From assembly GCA_965153285.1 (NCBI GenBank), contig OZ229111.1: a stretch of DNA of 64,000 bases. The stretch is one strand, 5' to 3'. A program made the translations under genes and the position numbers. The notes below the pieces were generated by a model. It saw nothing but the letters and a program-made list of their open reading frames with translations. It had not been told where the DNA came from and ran no database searches. Source of the stretch: Podarcis tiliguerta. Taxonomy: Eukaryota. Positions 51,001-59,765 of this stretch are shown here, piece after piece (position 1 is the first letter of the stretch; every line of letters begins with the position of its first letter).

Positions 51001-54000
51001 GCTATTCCCAGCCCTTCGCCACTGTAATAAAAACAGTGAAGTCTGCTTCTCCGATGAATAGTTTGCTGGCAAGCAGCACTGAGGAAATAATCAAGGCCAA
51101 CCCCCACTTTCCTTGACTACTCATAGAGGGTCTGAGTTGCTACAGCCTTATAGTATCAGTCTCAGCTCCTGGCTGAGACGCCATCTCCACTCCCCTAAGC
51201 TACTCTCCCTGCCAAAGTGGAGACAGGAGGGGCATAATTTTCTCACGTAAGAAGGCACTTAAATTTGTCTCCATATGAACCTTTTTAATGGGAAGCGTTT
51301 CCAGGAGTTTGCCTGTATCTTCATCTCTGAGGGGGCGGTAAGAGAATGCAGCATTTTGTGGGAGGAAACTCCTGTTTCCAATTTGGAGAGAAATCTCTAT
51401 GCAAGGGGGAAATCCCAAGAGTGAAGGCAACTTCTAATCTCGTAGTTCTAGCTCACCAGAGCCAGGTTTCCCAAATCCTTGGGGGTAGTAGAGAAAAACC
51501 TAAAATGGTGGTGACTCAAAAATCCTACATAGCTCACTTCCTCCAAGTATCCTTGAGGCAGAGAATCTTCTTGCCTCTGATACTGTGTAGAAAGGAAGGG
51601 TGGAGAACCTTCGGTCTTCCAGATGTTGCTGGACTGCAACTCCCATAATCTCTGACCATGGCCCATCCAGGCTGGTGCTGAAGGGAGTTAGAATACAACA
51701 ACACCTGGAAAGCTACAGGGTAGGCAACTCTGATGTAAAAGATATGCCCACACCCCTTTGCTTATTCCATCCACATTGGGAAAAAGGAATGGGAAAGTAA
51801 GAAGCTCCTTGGCAGGAAATGACGGGATGGAAAAGAAAGAGGGAGAGAACAGAGGGGGGAGAATTGAATACTTTGCTTCTCTCAACAGATAAAATAAACA
51901 AAGCTGGGAATTGTGAGAGGAAGTTCCAGTGACATAGGAGGAATGGGAGGGTGCTGTAGCTCTGGAGCTTACACCATAAAAAAGGAGGAGAGCTGAGGCT
52001 ATGTGGAGGAGCTTGGAACCATAGCTGTCAATGTTTCCCTTTTTTAAAGGGAAATTCCCTTATTCTGAATAGGATTCCTCGCAAGAAAAGGGAAAAGTTG
52101 ACAGCTATGCTAGGAACAGTTTGGTTATGTGTGTCTGGTGCAACACTTTGTCTCAATGAACGGAATTGAAGATGTGAGGCTAGCAGTAGGGAGAGGAGCT
52201 GAGTTTCAAGAACTTGTGAGGACTGCAGGAGTAACGAGCTAACGCAATAAGGGAACAGGAATCAGAGATGATGCACTAGTGCAAATGCTTATTTGGGTTT
52301 CAAGAATTGGGGGTACACACAAAAAAAACTTGCTTTCCAGAACTGTTTTCCAACCAAGTAGTAGAAGAGCATTCCAACTAACACTCCACGTCCCAGTTAA
52401 AAACTTTTTAAGATTTCCTGTTTCCGCTTTGGGAGGGTGATTTTGTAGGAGAGGCACTCCACTGTGTGCTGGGCTCCTAATTTTTGGAGCTGCTTGCCAA
52501 ATATCTAGGCGATACGTCAAACCTCTTGCTCCATTCTGATCCTGGGGGAAATGATTCCAGAATGCAGCTATACTGGGTTCAGCGCAGTAGTGCAACACTA
52601 AAACCAAGTTCTCTAGCCCCTAGACCAAAGCCATTCCCAGCTAGCAGGACCCACCCCTCCCCCAGATTTTTTTTTTTTTTTACAAAAAGCCAGCATTAAC
52701 CAATGAGTGAGCAAGCAAGGAGAATGTTCCTCCCTATATGGGGTAACGGAAACACAAAGCACAGTCAATTCACATCACCCGCCAGGCCGGCCCCACCATT
52801 AATATTCCAAGCACAATGCTGCACTCCCACTGTCTGTATGAACATTGTATCGATTTACCCGGCACCCCAGTCCTATAGCTCTGCCACAATGGGAGGAGGG
52901 ACAGCTGTATAGTCATCCCTCACTTTCCAGGGATTCCTCCATATGTATACGCTTTCTTCAGCCACCAAACCGCTTCTAAGGATCTCGGCTTGTTCCTCAT
53001 CCCAAGCCCACAGAATTGCAATGCCATTTGGGGGCAGGGGGGCGGGGGAGATGAAAGAGCAGAATACTCCTCCAGGGACCCTGAGCGAAGCCTCCACCAT
53101 TCACAATAGTATCTTGCTTCCTGCACCTTTCTGGGCCCTTCTCCTGAATCTGTATTTGCCAGCTCTACTGAAAGTACAAGCCAAAGATGTTCTTGCTTTG
53201 TAACTGTGGGGAATACAAAGCCTGGAATCTAGCAGGGAAAGGTGCAGGTTAGACTATACCTTGTGACTATCCCCACAACAGTCTCATACCAATCTAACTA
53301 TTGTATCCCCCCTGCCCACGCGCATCTCTTAGTGTGGAGAATACCACCCACACACTAAAGAATCCAGGCCTAAGAGGAGCAGGCAGTGTGAAAGAAACTT
53401 CCTGCTGATATAACTCAAAAAAGAACAGGCACAGCCAACGAGACATGGAAGTGTCATAGTCTGAGAGGCATCTCCTGTCTCAAGTGTCTAGAACATGTGA
53501 AGAGCAAAAAGAAAGCCACTCCACAGAGCCTCAGTGTAGATCAGTCAGGTATGCTAACACCTGGCAGACAAGATACAGTGGTACCTCGGGTTACAGACGC
53601 TTCAGGTTACAGACTCCACTAACCCAGAAATAGTACCTCGGGTTAAGAACTTTACCTCAGGATGAGAACAGAAATCGTGCAGTGGCAGCGCAGCGGCAGC
53701 AGGAGGCCCCATTAGCTAAAGTGGTGCTTCAGATTAAGAACAGTTTCAGGTTAAGAACAGACCTCCAGAATGAATTCAGTTCTTAACCCGAGGTACCACT
53801 GTACTTGGGACACGAAGCTTCAGGTAGCCCAAGAGCAGAGGCTGCTCTACAATCATTTACATAACATTTTTTGAATGATCTACACATTACACAGAGCTTC
53901 ACAACAGCTCTGAAACAGGTCACTGACATTTTCACTTTTAGAAGCAAATTGAAATAAGGAAGTGACCTATCTAAGTCCACTCAGGAAGCCCGTACTTAGC

Positions 54001-57000
54001 AGGGAATTCTACCTCAATTCTTGCATATCCAGTCGCCTACCTACTCTCTCCCCACATCTCATGCTACCCAAGATGCAGTCCTGGATAGGATGGGCACTCT
54101 GCTCCCCAGAGCCAGGAAACTCACCTGACATGCAGATGCAGGTAAACTCGCCAATGCGATCAAGGCAGGTAGCATCATTTTGGCAAGGCATGGAGAGGCA
54201 CTCATTGATGTCTGTCTCACAGCGGGGACCTGTGTAGCCACGTCCACACTCACACCGGAAGGAGCCTTGCGTGTTCACACACTTTCCGAAATGCTCACAT
54301 GGATTGGCTCCTGGAGAAGGCAAATGCACATAAAGTGAACATGGCTGGTTCAAAATTACTTCTTCTCTGCCTTCACTTAAGGCAGGGGTGCATAACCTGT
54401 GAACCTCCAAATGTTTTTGGACTACAACTCCCATCAGCCCCAGCCAACATAGCCAGTGATCAGGGATAATGGGAGGTGTAGTCTAACAACATGTGGAGGG
54501 CTGCAGGTTGTGCACCCCTGACATAAGGGATAAACCCAGACAAGGAACGAGAAGGGCATGCCAGCAGAAACCGATCCTTCTCTCAGGTGCTTTACTTGTC
54601 AATATCCCAACCCAAAAAGCTGGCAAAAGTCCATCTCAGTGACCCTTCTCACATGCTAGAGAGGCAGTCCTCCTTCCTTCACCTTTTGGAATTGCAAAAG
54701 AAGGGTGCAGCTGTCTTACCAATGGAGCACTCATCCACATCCTGGTCACAGGCCCCTCCGGTAAAACCTGGTGGGCATGTGCAGATGGCACGGCCATTCA
54801 TTGGGTTGGTGTCACAAATAGCATCCTCATGGCAAGGGTTACTGACACAGGCATCGTCCAAGTGGCAAAGAAGGCCTGGAAGAGAAAGGGCCATGAAAGG
54901 CAATCACTTGACAGCAAAACAGGAGGAGTGTAGGGAATGGGATGGAATTTATGGACAAGGGGCATCGATTTCAATATGTTGTTCATGTTCAGCAATGTCC
55001 TTCCATTTCTGATTGACACCCTATCCCTGTTATCCAATATCTCTTTAATCCACTCTATTATTTTTACGCTGACCAAACCCTTCAAAAATTCTGCCCAAAC
55101 CAGTTAGCTAGAATAAAAACATATGACGTGGACACATTATGCAAGGTAGGAGCCAGTTACCTGTCTTGCCCATAGGACATGCGCAGTAGAAGGAAGCCAC
55201 ACGGTCATGGCAGGTAGCACCATGGAAGCAGACCGCTGTCTGACAGTCATCAATGTTCTCACTGCAGCTCTCCCCTGTCCAGCCGTTGACGCAAACGCAT
55301 GAATGCCCCCCATTGGTATTGAAGCAAGTGCCTCCATTGTGGCAGGCATTGGGTTGCAGCTGGCATTCATCCACATCCTCATTGCAGTGCTGGCCTACAG
55401 TGCCAAGAAGGTGGGGCTTAGTTCACTAAAAGACCTTCTCATCAGGGATGGCCTAACAGCTGCAACACCACCTCTCCTTCCCCCATGCACCCCAATACCT
55501 CCAAACTCGCAGCACTGAGTTGCCCTTTCCTTTGCCCACTGTGCACCGAGCCAGATTAAAGCCAGTGTTTTCCCAAACTACAATAAGGTAATATTTCTGA
55601 ACTCATTCTGTAAAACAGTTGGCCTTCCTCACTTAGAGGCTAATATTAAGTTAACGCCGTATAGAGAAGAAAAGAACATTTCCCATCTCTGCCCAAATCC
55701 TAGATAGCTCCCTACGTTTCCCATTAAGGCCCTTAAAATCCTAGGCTGTTCCAATCACATTCTGGTTCCTGGACCAATAATAATGCAGTACCTGTCCACT
55801 CTGGGGGACACTGGCAGTTGTAAGTGTTGACACCATCCACACAAGTGCCTCCATTCATGCACATGTGGCCTGGGCAATCATCTATGTTAATCTCACAGTT
55901 GTGTCCCTTGAATCCTGAAAAGGGAGAAAGAGAGATTTTAGCCCGGCCAGTAACTGTGGAAAAAGTGTTGCTAGTAGAGAAAGAAAAATCCTCCCAACAA
56001 CCCACCATTCCATCCCTAATGTGCAACTATGGGTTGTAATCTTTTGCACACTTTCCTGGGTGTCAATTCCATTGGCCACAGGGGGACAGTTTCAAGCTTG
56101 ACAAGGCTTGGTAAACACCAAAGAGTCACACTGAGCCCCTGAGCAATGCAGCGCCCCTCCTCTATTCTAAGCTCTACTCTTGTTCCAAATCTCTGACTAG
56201 AACAAGGAAGAAGAATTAGCTGAGCCTTCCACTACACTCTGGCTCCTGCAGTCAAAGCCGCATGTGCTGGCTGCCAAGTCCCCCGCCTCCTCCCACTGCC
56301 TAGATTGTTTCCTTCCTGCTCCACCAAAGCGCTCAACAGCTTCCCATGAGCTTCCTGACAGGAGAATAGTGAAGCATGCCACGGTGTAGCCAGAGAAAAG
56401 GGTCAAGCTTGAGTCCCAAGTGTAACTCTATGCCCAGCTGCCCTGAGGGATCGTTCCACCCTAAAATCTACCTGCTTAGTACTTCATCCCACTCCCTTAC
56501 AGAAGGTACAAGCAAAGGTACACTTTGCAAATTGTTCACTCACCAGGTAAGCAAGCACACTCGTAGCTGAGTTCCCCTGTCTGACGGCAAGTGCCACCGT
56601 TGAGACACTGAGAGGGAGCGCAAGGTGTGGAGATGCTCTCACATTGCTGCCCTGTGTAGCCAGCTTGACACTGGCAGTGGAAGGAGCCAGGTGTGTTGAT
56701 ACAGGTACCCCCATGCTGGCATAGGCCAGGCACCCGACATTCATCCACATCACTCCGGCAGTTGCGGCCTTGGTAGCCTGATGGGCATGTACAGTTGTAG
56801 CGGCCATTCCAGTTGGTGCAGCGGCCACCATTGACACACGGCTTACTGGCGCAGGCATCAAACAGAGAGCAGTCTTGACCTAAATGGAAGATGATGTACC
56901 AAGTGACCTAGAAGGTTACTTCTTCCCCCAGAAGGTCAATTTTCTCACCCACAATCTGGACCCATCCTCCCTGGAGAATGTGCATTCCCATCTCCCAACA

Positions 57001-57229
57001 AAGCAATCTTTATCAGGAATATGAAACGCCTGTGGAGCTTCTACAGAAAGACACACGCTGCATCTCACCACATTGTGTATTCTTACCTCGAAAGCCCTTG
57101 GGACAGGTGCACTGGTAGTGCACAGTGCCATCTCGCAGAGTGCTCTCACATGATCCCCCATTAGCGCAAGGTGACTGATGGCAAGGGTCTTGAAACTGGC
57201 AGTGCTCTCCAATCAGTCCAGGCTGGCAT
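27733..57229 (-). CDS. NOTCH3: Notch receptor 3, spliced CDS (inferred exons 3-34; 5' part outside window)
   Basis: 32 exons with GT-AG ends and consistent phases encode EGF repeats, 3 LNR, HD with RQRR furin site, TM, RAM (WFP), ankyrin repeats and PEST. TM/RAM segment [29 protein letters not shown] and the 143-nt exon 3 are NOTCH3-type rather than NOTCH1/2. Confidence 0.96.
29221..29318 (-). CDS. NOTCH3: NOTCH3 exon 33 (98 nt, ankyrin)
   Basis: ccag/gtaag; [32 protein letters not shown]. Confidence 0.94.
30038..30085. repeat. (GA)n microsatellite in NOTCH3 intron
   Basis: Direct reading. Confidence 0.95.
30439..30586 (-). CDS. NOTCH3: NOTCH3 exon 32 (148 nt, ankyrin)
   Basis: ccag/gtagg; [33 protein letters not shown]. 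Confidence 0.94.
30921..31228 (-). CDS. NOTCH3: NOTCH3 exon 31 (308 nt, ankyrin repeats)
   Basis: acag/gtggg; [10 protein letters not shown]...[16 protein letters not shown]...AQGVFQ. Confidence 0.95.
31456..31621 (-). CDS. NOTCH3: NOTCH3 exon 30 (166 nt)
   Basis: ccag/gtaat; VEEP...[14 protein letters not shown]...DVNVRGP. Confidence 0.93.
31863..31944 (-). CDS. NOTCH3: NOTCH3 exon 29 (82 nt)
   Basis: gcag/gtatt; [27 protein letters not shown]. Confidence 0.9.
32186..32399 (-). CDS. NOTCH3: NOTCH3 exon 28 (214 nt, TM + RAM)
   Basis: acag/gtaag; [35 protein letters not shown]. Confidence 0.95.
32507..32655 (-). CDS. NOTCH3: NOTCH3 exon 27 (149 nt, HD-C, S2 region)
   Basis: ccag/gtgag; [12 protein letters not shown]...[10 protein letters not shown]. 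Confidence 0.93.
33492..33839 (-). CDS. NOTCH3: NOTCH3 exon 26 (348 nt, LNR-C + HD-N, S1 furin site RQRR)
   Basis: acag/gtgag; [16 protein letters not shown]...[11 protein letters not shown]. Confidence 0.93.
34265..34791 (-). CDS. NOTCH3: NOTCH3 exon 25 (527 nt, last EGFs + LNR-A/B)
   Basis: ccag/gtgag; GYSGIRCE...[13 protein letters not shown]...CLYDNFDC. Confidence 0.93.
35422..35534 (-). CDS. NOTCH3: NOTCH3 exon 24 (113 nt, EGF)
   Basis: tcag/gtgag; [15 protein letters not shown]...CHCPR. Confidence 0.92.
35868..36119 (-). CDS. NOTCH3: NOTCH3 exon 23 (252 nt, EGF)
   Basis: ctag/gtgag; [10 protein letters not shown]...CKPGYT. Confidence 0.92.
36520..36652 (-). CDS. NOTCH3: NOTCH3 exon 22 (133 nt, EGF)
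   Basis: ccag/gtaag; [17 protein letters not shown]...PPGTL. Confidence 0.92.
37800..37984 (-). CDS. NOTCH3: NOTCH3 exon 21 (185 nt, EGF)
   Basis: atag/gtgag; [13 protein letters not shown]...DYVCE. Confidence 0.92.
38775..38928 (-). CDS. NOTCH3: NOTCH3 exon 20 (154 nt, EGF)
   Basis: ctag/gtaag; [17 protein letters not shown]...VVARNR. Confidence 0.92.
39197..39398 (-). CDS. NOTCH3: NOTCH3 exon 19 (202 nt, EGF)
   Basis: ccag/gtaat; [15 protein letters not shown]...GSQCQ. Confidence 0.92.
40057..40554 (+). mobile_element. Sauria SINE interrupted by a hAT MITE
   Basis: GGTGGCGCTGTGGGTTAAACC head, B box GGTTCGAATCCC, BovB-like tail ending TTTACCTTT. Confidence 0.9.
40096..40242. mobile_element. 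hAT MITE nested in Sauria SINE
   Basis: 17-bp TIR CAGTGGCGTAGCGTGGG (2 mismatches); perfect 8-bp TSD CCTAGGAC at 40088-40095 and 40243-40250. Confidence 0.9.
40646..40874 (-). CDS. NOTCH3: NOTCH3 exon 18 (229 nt, EGF)
   Basis: acag/gtgag; [17 protein letters not shown]...NVQECTD. Confidence 0.92.
41171..41303 (+). mobile_element. tRNA-Lys(CTT)-derived SINE with CR1-like tail
   Basis: 41171-41234 nearly identical to tRNA-Lys-CTT but lacking the first ~8 nt; followed by GGGTTGGACTAG...GGTCCCTTCCAACTCTACAATTCTA. Confidence 0.8.
41995..42147 (-). CDS. NOTCH3: NOTCH3 exon 17 (153 nt, EGF)
   Basis: atag/gtgag; [21 protein letters not shown]...DIDDCKP. Confidence 0.92.
42663..42782 (-). CDS. NOTCH3: NOTCH3 exon 16 (120 nt, EGF)
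   Basis: acag/gtact; [15 protein letters not shown]...CAPGWQ. Confidence 0.93.
43458..43699. mobile_element. Tc1/mariner MITE, family B (inverted relative to 25615-25865)
   Basis: TA-CAGTCGTAC...GTACGACT; internal reverse-complement similarity. Confidence 0.82.
44004..44117 (-). CDS. NOTCH3: NOTCH3 exon 15 (114 nt, EGF equivalent to NOTCH1 EGF21)
   Basis: gcag/gtgag, phase 1-1; [37 protein letters not shown]. Confidence 0.92.
44486..44631 (-). CDS. NOTCH3: NOTCH3 exon 14 (146 nt, EGF)
   Basis: acag/gtatg; [14 protein letters not shown]...CKEGFQ. Confidence 0.93.
44840..45032 (-). CDS. NOTCH3: NOTCH3 exon 13 (193 nt, EGF)
   Basis: ttag/gtaag; [15 protein letters not shown]...CHDNIN. Confidence 0.93.
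45307..45417 (-). CDS. NOTCH3: NOTCH3 exon 12 (111 nt, EGF)
   Basis: caag/gtgat; [20 protein letters not shown]...KPGFT. Confidence 0.92.
46681..46914 (-). CDS. NOTCH3: NOTCH3 exon 11 (234 nt, EGF)
   Basis: acag/gtagg; [18 protein letters not shown]...CLQGTS. Confidence 0.93.
47050..47920. mobile_element. Possible degenerate LINE remnant
   Basis: AT-rich, LINE-like texture; no intact ORF; pattern-level only. Confidence 0.3.
48025..48138 (-). CDS. NOTCH3: NOTCH3 exon 10 (114 nt, EGF)
   Basis: ccag/gtaat; [18 protein letters not shown]...CRCTE. Confidence 0.93.
49445..49558 (-). CDS. NOTCH3: NOTCH3 exon 9 (114 nt, EGF)
   Basis: gcag/gtaag; [18 protein letters not shown]...CTCPS. Confidence 0.93.
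52020..52109. mobile_element. 90-bp hAT MITE
   Basis: TIR CATAGCTGTCAA / TTGACAGCTATG; 8-bp TSD CTTGGAAC/CTAGGAAC. Confidence 0.88.
53576..53801. mobile_element. Tc1/mariner MITE, family A
   Basis: TIR CAGTGGTACCTCGGGTTA perfect; TA TSD. Confidence 0.9.
54125..54310 (-). CDS. NOTCH3: NOTCH3 exon 8 (186 nt, ligand-binding EGF region)
   Basis: ccag/gtgag; [17 protein letters not shown]...[14 protein letters not shown]. Confidence 0.93.
54383..54520. mobile_element. Palindromic hAT MITE (GGACTACAACTCCCATC family)
   Basis: TIR CAGGGGTGCA.AACCTG; 8-bp TSD ACTTAAGG/ACATAAGG; older copies at ~7580-7715, ~9365-9480, ~10135-10270, ~21310-21410, ~51600-51730. Confidence 0.85.
54720..54875 (-). CDS. 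NOTCH3: NOTCH3 exon 7 (156 nt, EGF)
   Basis: ccag/gtaag; [14 protein letters not shown]...DVDECSI. Confidence 0.93.
55161..55394 (-). CDS. NOTCH3: NOTCH3 exon 6 (234 nt, EGF)
   Basis: gtag/gtaac; [17 protein letters not shown]...CPMGKT. Confidence 0.93.
55792..55914 (-). CDS. NOTCH3: NOTCH3 exon 5 (123 nt, EGF)
   Basis: tcag/gtact; [18 protein letters not shown]...PPEWT. Confidence 0.93.
56544..56879 (-). CDS. NOTCH3: NOTCH3 exon 4 (336 nt, EGF)
   Basis: ttag/gtgag; [20 protein letters not shown]...YECACLP. Confidence 0.93.
57087..57229 (-). CDS. NOTCH3: NOTCH3 exon 3 (143 nt, EGF)
   Basis: ctag|ATG...G|gtaaga; [27 protein letters not shown]...KGFR. Confidence 0.93.
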
Positions 57230-59164
57230 CTAGCAGAGACAGACAGACATGGTTTACTAGATGACATCTGCCACTCATGCTATCCCTAATGTACACAAGT
57301 GCTATTCTGGTGCCCAATGGACTAGTAATGGACTAATTCAACACACAGTTAGACCCACCTTTTATCATACCCCTTTCTGCCATTTCACCAAGGAATTGGG
57401 AGCCACAACAAAACAACACAGGAACCTGCACAGTGGCTTAGCACGAGCGTGTCTTTTTCCTCTATTGAGCAACAATTCACTGAAGACAACTTCCTGTTGC
57501 TCACACTAAACTACTCCATCAGTGTGTGTCATCTGCAGATTCTGCTAACTGCCCACACTTACCCTTTGCCAAGCTGAAAATAGATATCTTAAACATTGGC
57601 CTTCTGTCAGGTTCCAACCAACCATTTCCTCTTACCAGTAAATTCCGGGCAGATCTAAGAAAAGTCTTTCCCCCTCCCTATATAAGATTTTGTCAGCAGG
57701 TCTCACTGCAAAACATCGAGGGAAATAAGGATGGGACAATGTTTATACAGATGGCATTCAAGTCAGTTCTGTACCCTCAAGCAGAGCTGTTATGTTGAGA
57801 GTAATTCAGAGAACCTCGGGGCACGGCTATGGTCCAAATGGTTGTGGTTCCTAACTTATCACTTGATGTTTTGGACACCCTCTTTAGTAATATATAGTAT
57901 TGTCCAAAAGCAGAACAGAAGGCTAGATCAAAGGTTGAAGGAGCAGTCCAAAACTTGTATGCAAATACCCAATCAAGCAACTCCAGCAGAATCTTAATAT
58001 CACATTTAATGGTATATTAAAGATTCCTAATTATCTAGTGAAAAGGATAAATAATGTATTCTAACTCAGAAAACTGGAGTTTCAAGTAGTTAGAAGAATG
58101 AGACTTTAAATTCAGCAAAGTCCCTGGTAGTTCCTGACCTTATCCAAATATTACTCCCACGAGATTCCTTAACACCCAGATTCATCTTCTAGTACCAGAC
58201 AAAAATATTTTAGTCCAATTCAGGAAGCCCAGGCAAACTATGTAGAATTAATGATCAACAAGGTCCAAGAATCCACACCTGTCCAGCAATGCCTCAAAGC
58301 AAACTGGGTAGCGTCCAGAAAAGCTTTTATTTTGCTTAGGCATTGATCAAAGTTTACTTTCTGCAGCCACCTGCCCCCCTCCCTGGGTAACTGGACAATC
58401 TTGTTTCTGGTGAGAAATGTAGCTCTCGTTAAGGAGGATGAAATAGTGTTATCTAACTGAGGCTGATAGCTCAAGGCCAATATGGCAGCCTGCTTAATTA
58501 ACAGCAACTGTGCTTCTGTGGGAACGCACATATTCAAGTACTGGAAGGTTCTGGCCAGCTAAGCTCTGATTGGCTGGGAACCTCTGGTCTGGTTGCTATG
58601 TTATTTGCTAGATGTTTGAATTATTCCTTTAGTCCATGCCTCACACCTTTTCCTGATGCCTGAGCACCTGTTTGCGATGTTTGTTCCTGTGGTGTGAGGT
58701 CAAGTGGGTTTATATTAGACTAGGTTAGCTTGTTTTGTTGTTTTAAGCTGACTTGTGTTTTTCCCACGTCTACAGTATTCTTTTATCTCTACTTTTTACA
58801 GGTTCTCTCTTATATATTATTTATATGCGTTGTACAGAAACTATCTCACTCAATTTTCTAGTGTTCTTTATTCTGGAATGCCTGGAAACCTAAGCCCAGC
58901 GATGTAGCCTTCTTGGTCAACTGTTACAGAACAATATTTCTGCTCAAGACTCAGATGGCAGAGAGTGAACTTTTAGCTGTCTGACTCTTCAGGGATATGC
59001 AGTGAGGTGTGGTGATAGTCTTTAATTTTTGCAGGTCTGGTTAGACAGCTCTAGTGGAATTTTTGTATTAGCTTGGGCCTAACAAAATTCCTGGTTTCCT
59101 GAGTTTGGAAGCTGGGCGATCTTGACAGGGAGAAAAGCTTGGGGACATCCCTCTGGTGGCCTGA

Positions 59165-59765
59165 AGTTTATTTATTCTATTTTATGTATTAAATTTGTAC
59201 ACTGCACTTCATCCAAAGATCACAGGGTGATTCACAACATAAAAATACAAAATAAAAACGCAAAATACTTAATGAAACAAAACCTAATACCACCCCTCTT
59301 CCACAAACACATTAATCAGCCAAAGGCCTGGTTATAATGAAAAGTTTTTGCCTGGCACCTAAAAATATGTAACGAAGGCAGCAGGTGAGCCTCCCTGGGG
59401 AGAGCATTCATCTCATGTTGCCACCCTCTGGACCTCTCATGAAGGAGGCACACCTAGAAGAGTTTCAAATCATGATCACAGGCAGTCTTTGAGATATGGC
59501 GGTCCTGGGCCTTTAAGGCTTTATAGGTCAAAACCAGCACTTTGAATTGGGCCCAAACCTAATTGGCAGCTAGTGCAATCGGGTCAGGATCAGTGTAATA
59601 AGCTGAATTCTGCACCAGCTGAAGTTTCTGAACTGTCTTCAGAGGCAGCCCAATGTGAAACACATTGGAGTAATCTAACCTATAGGTTACCAGAGCATAG
59701 ACAAGAGAAATTAGATTATCCCTGTCCGCATAGGGGCGCAGTTTCCATTTGCTCCAGCCTAATCT
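59165..59765 (-). mobile_element. L2 LINE 3' fragment
   Basis: Minus ORF contains LVYALVTYRLDYSNVFHIGLPLKTVQKLQLVQNSA (L2/CR1-clade ORF2 C-terminal motif); A-rich tail at ~59170. Confidence 0.8.
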
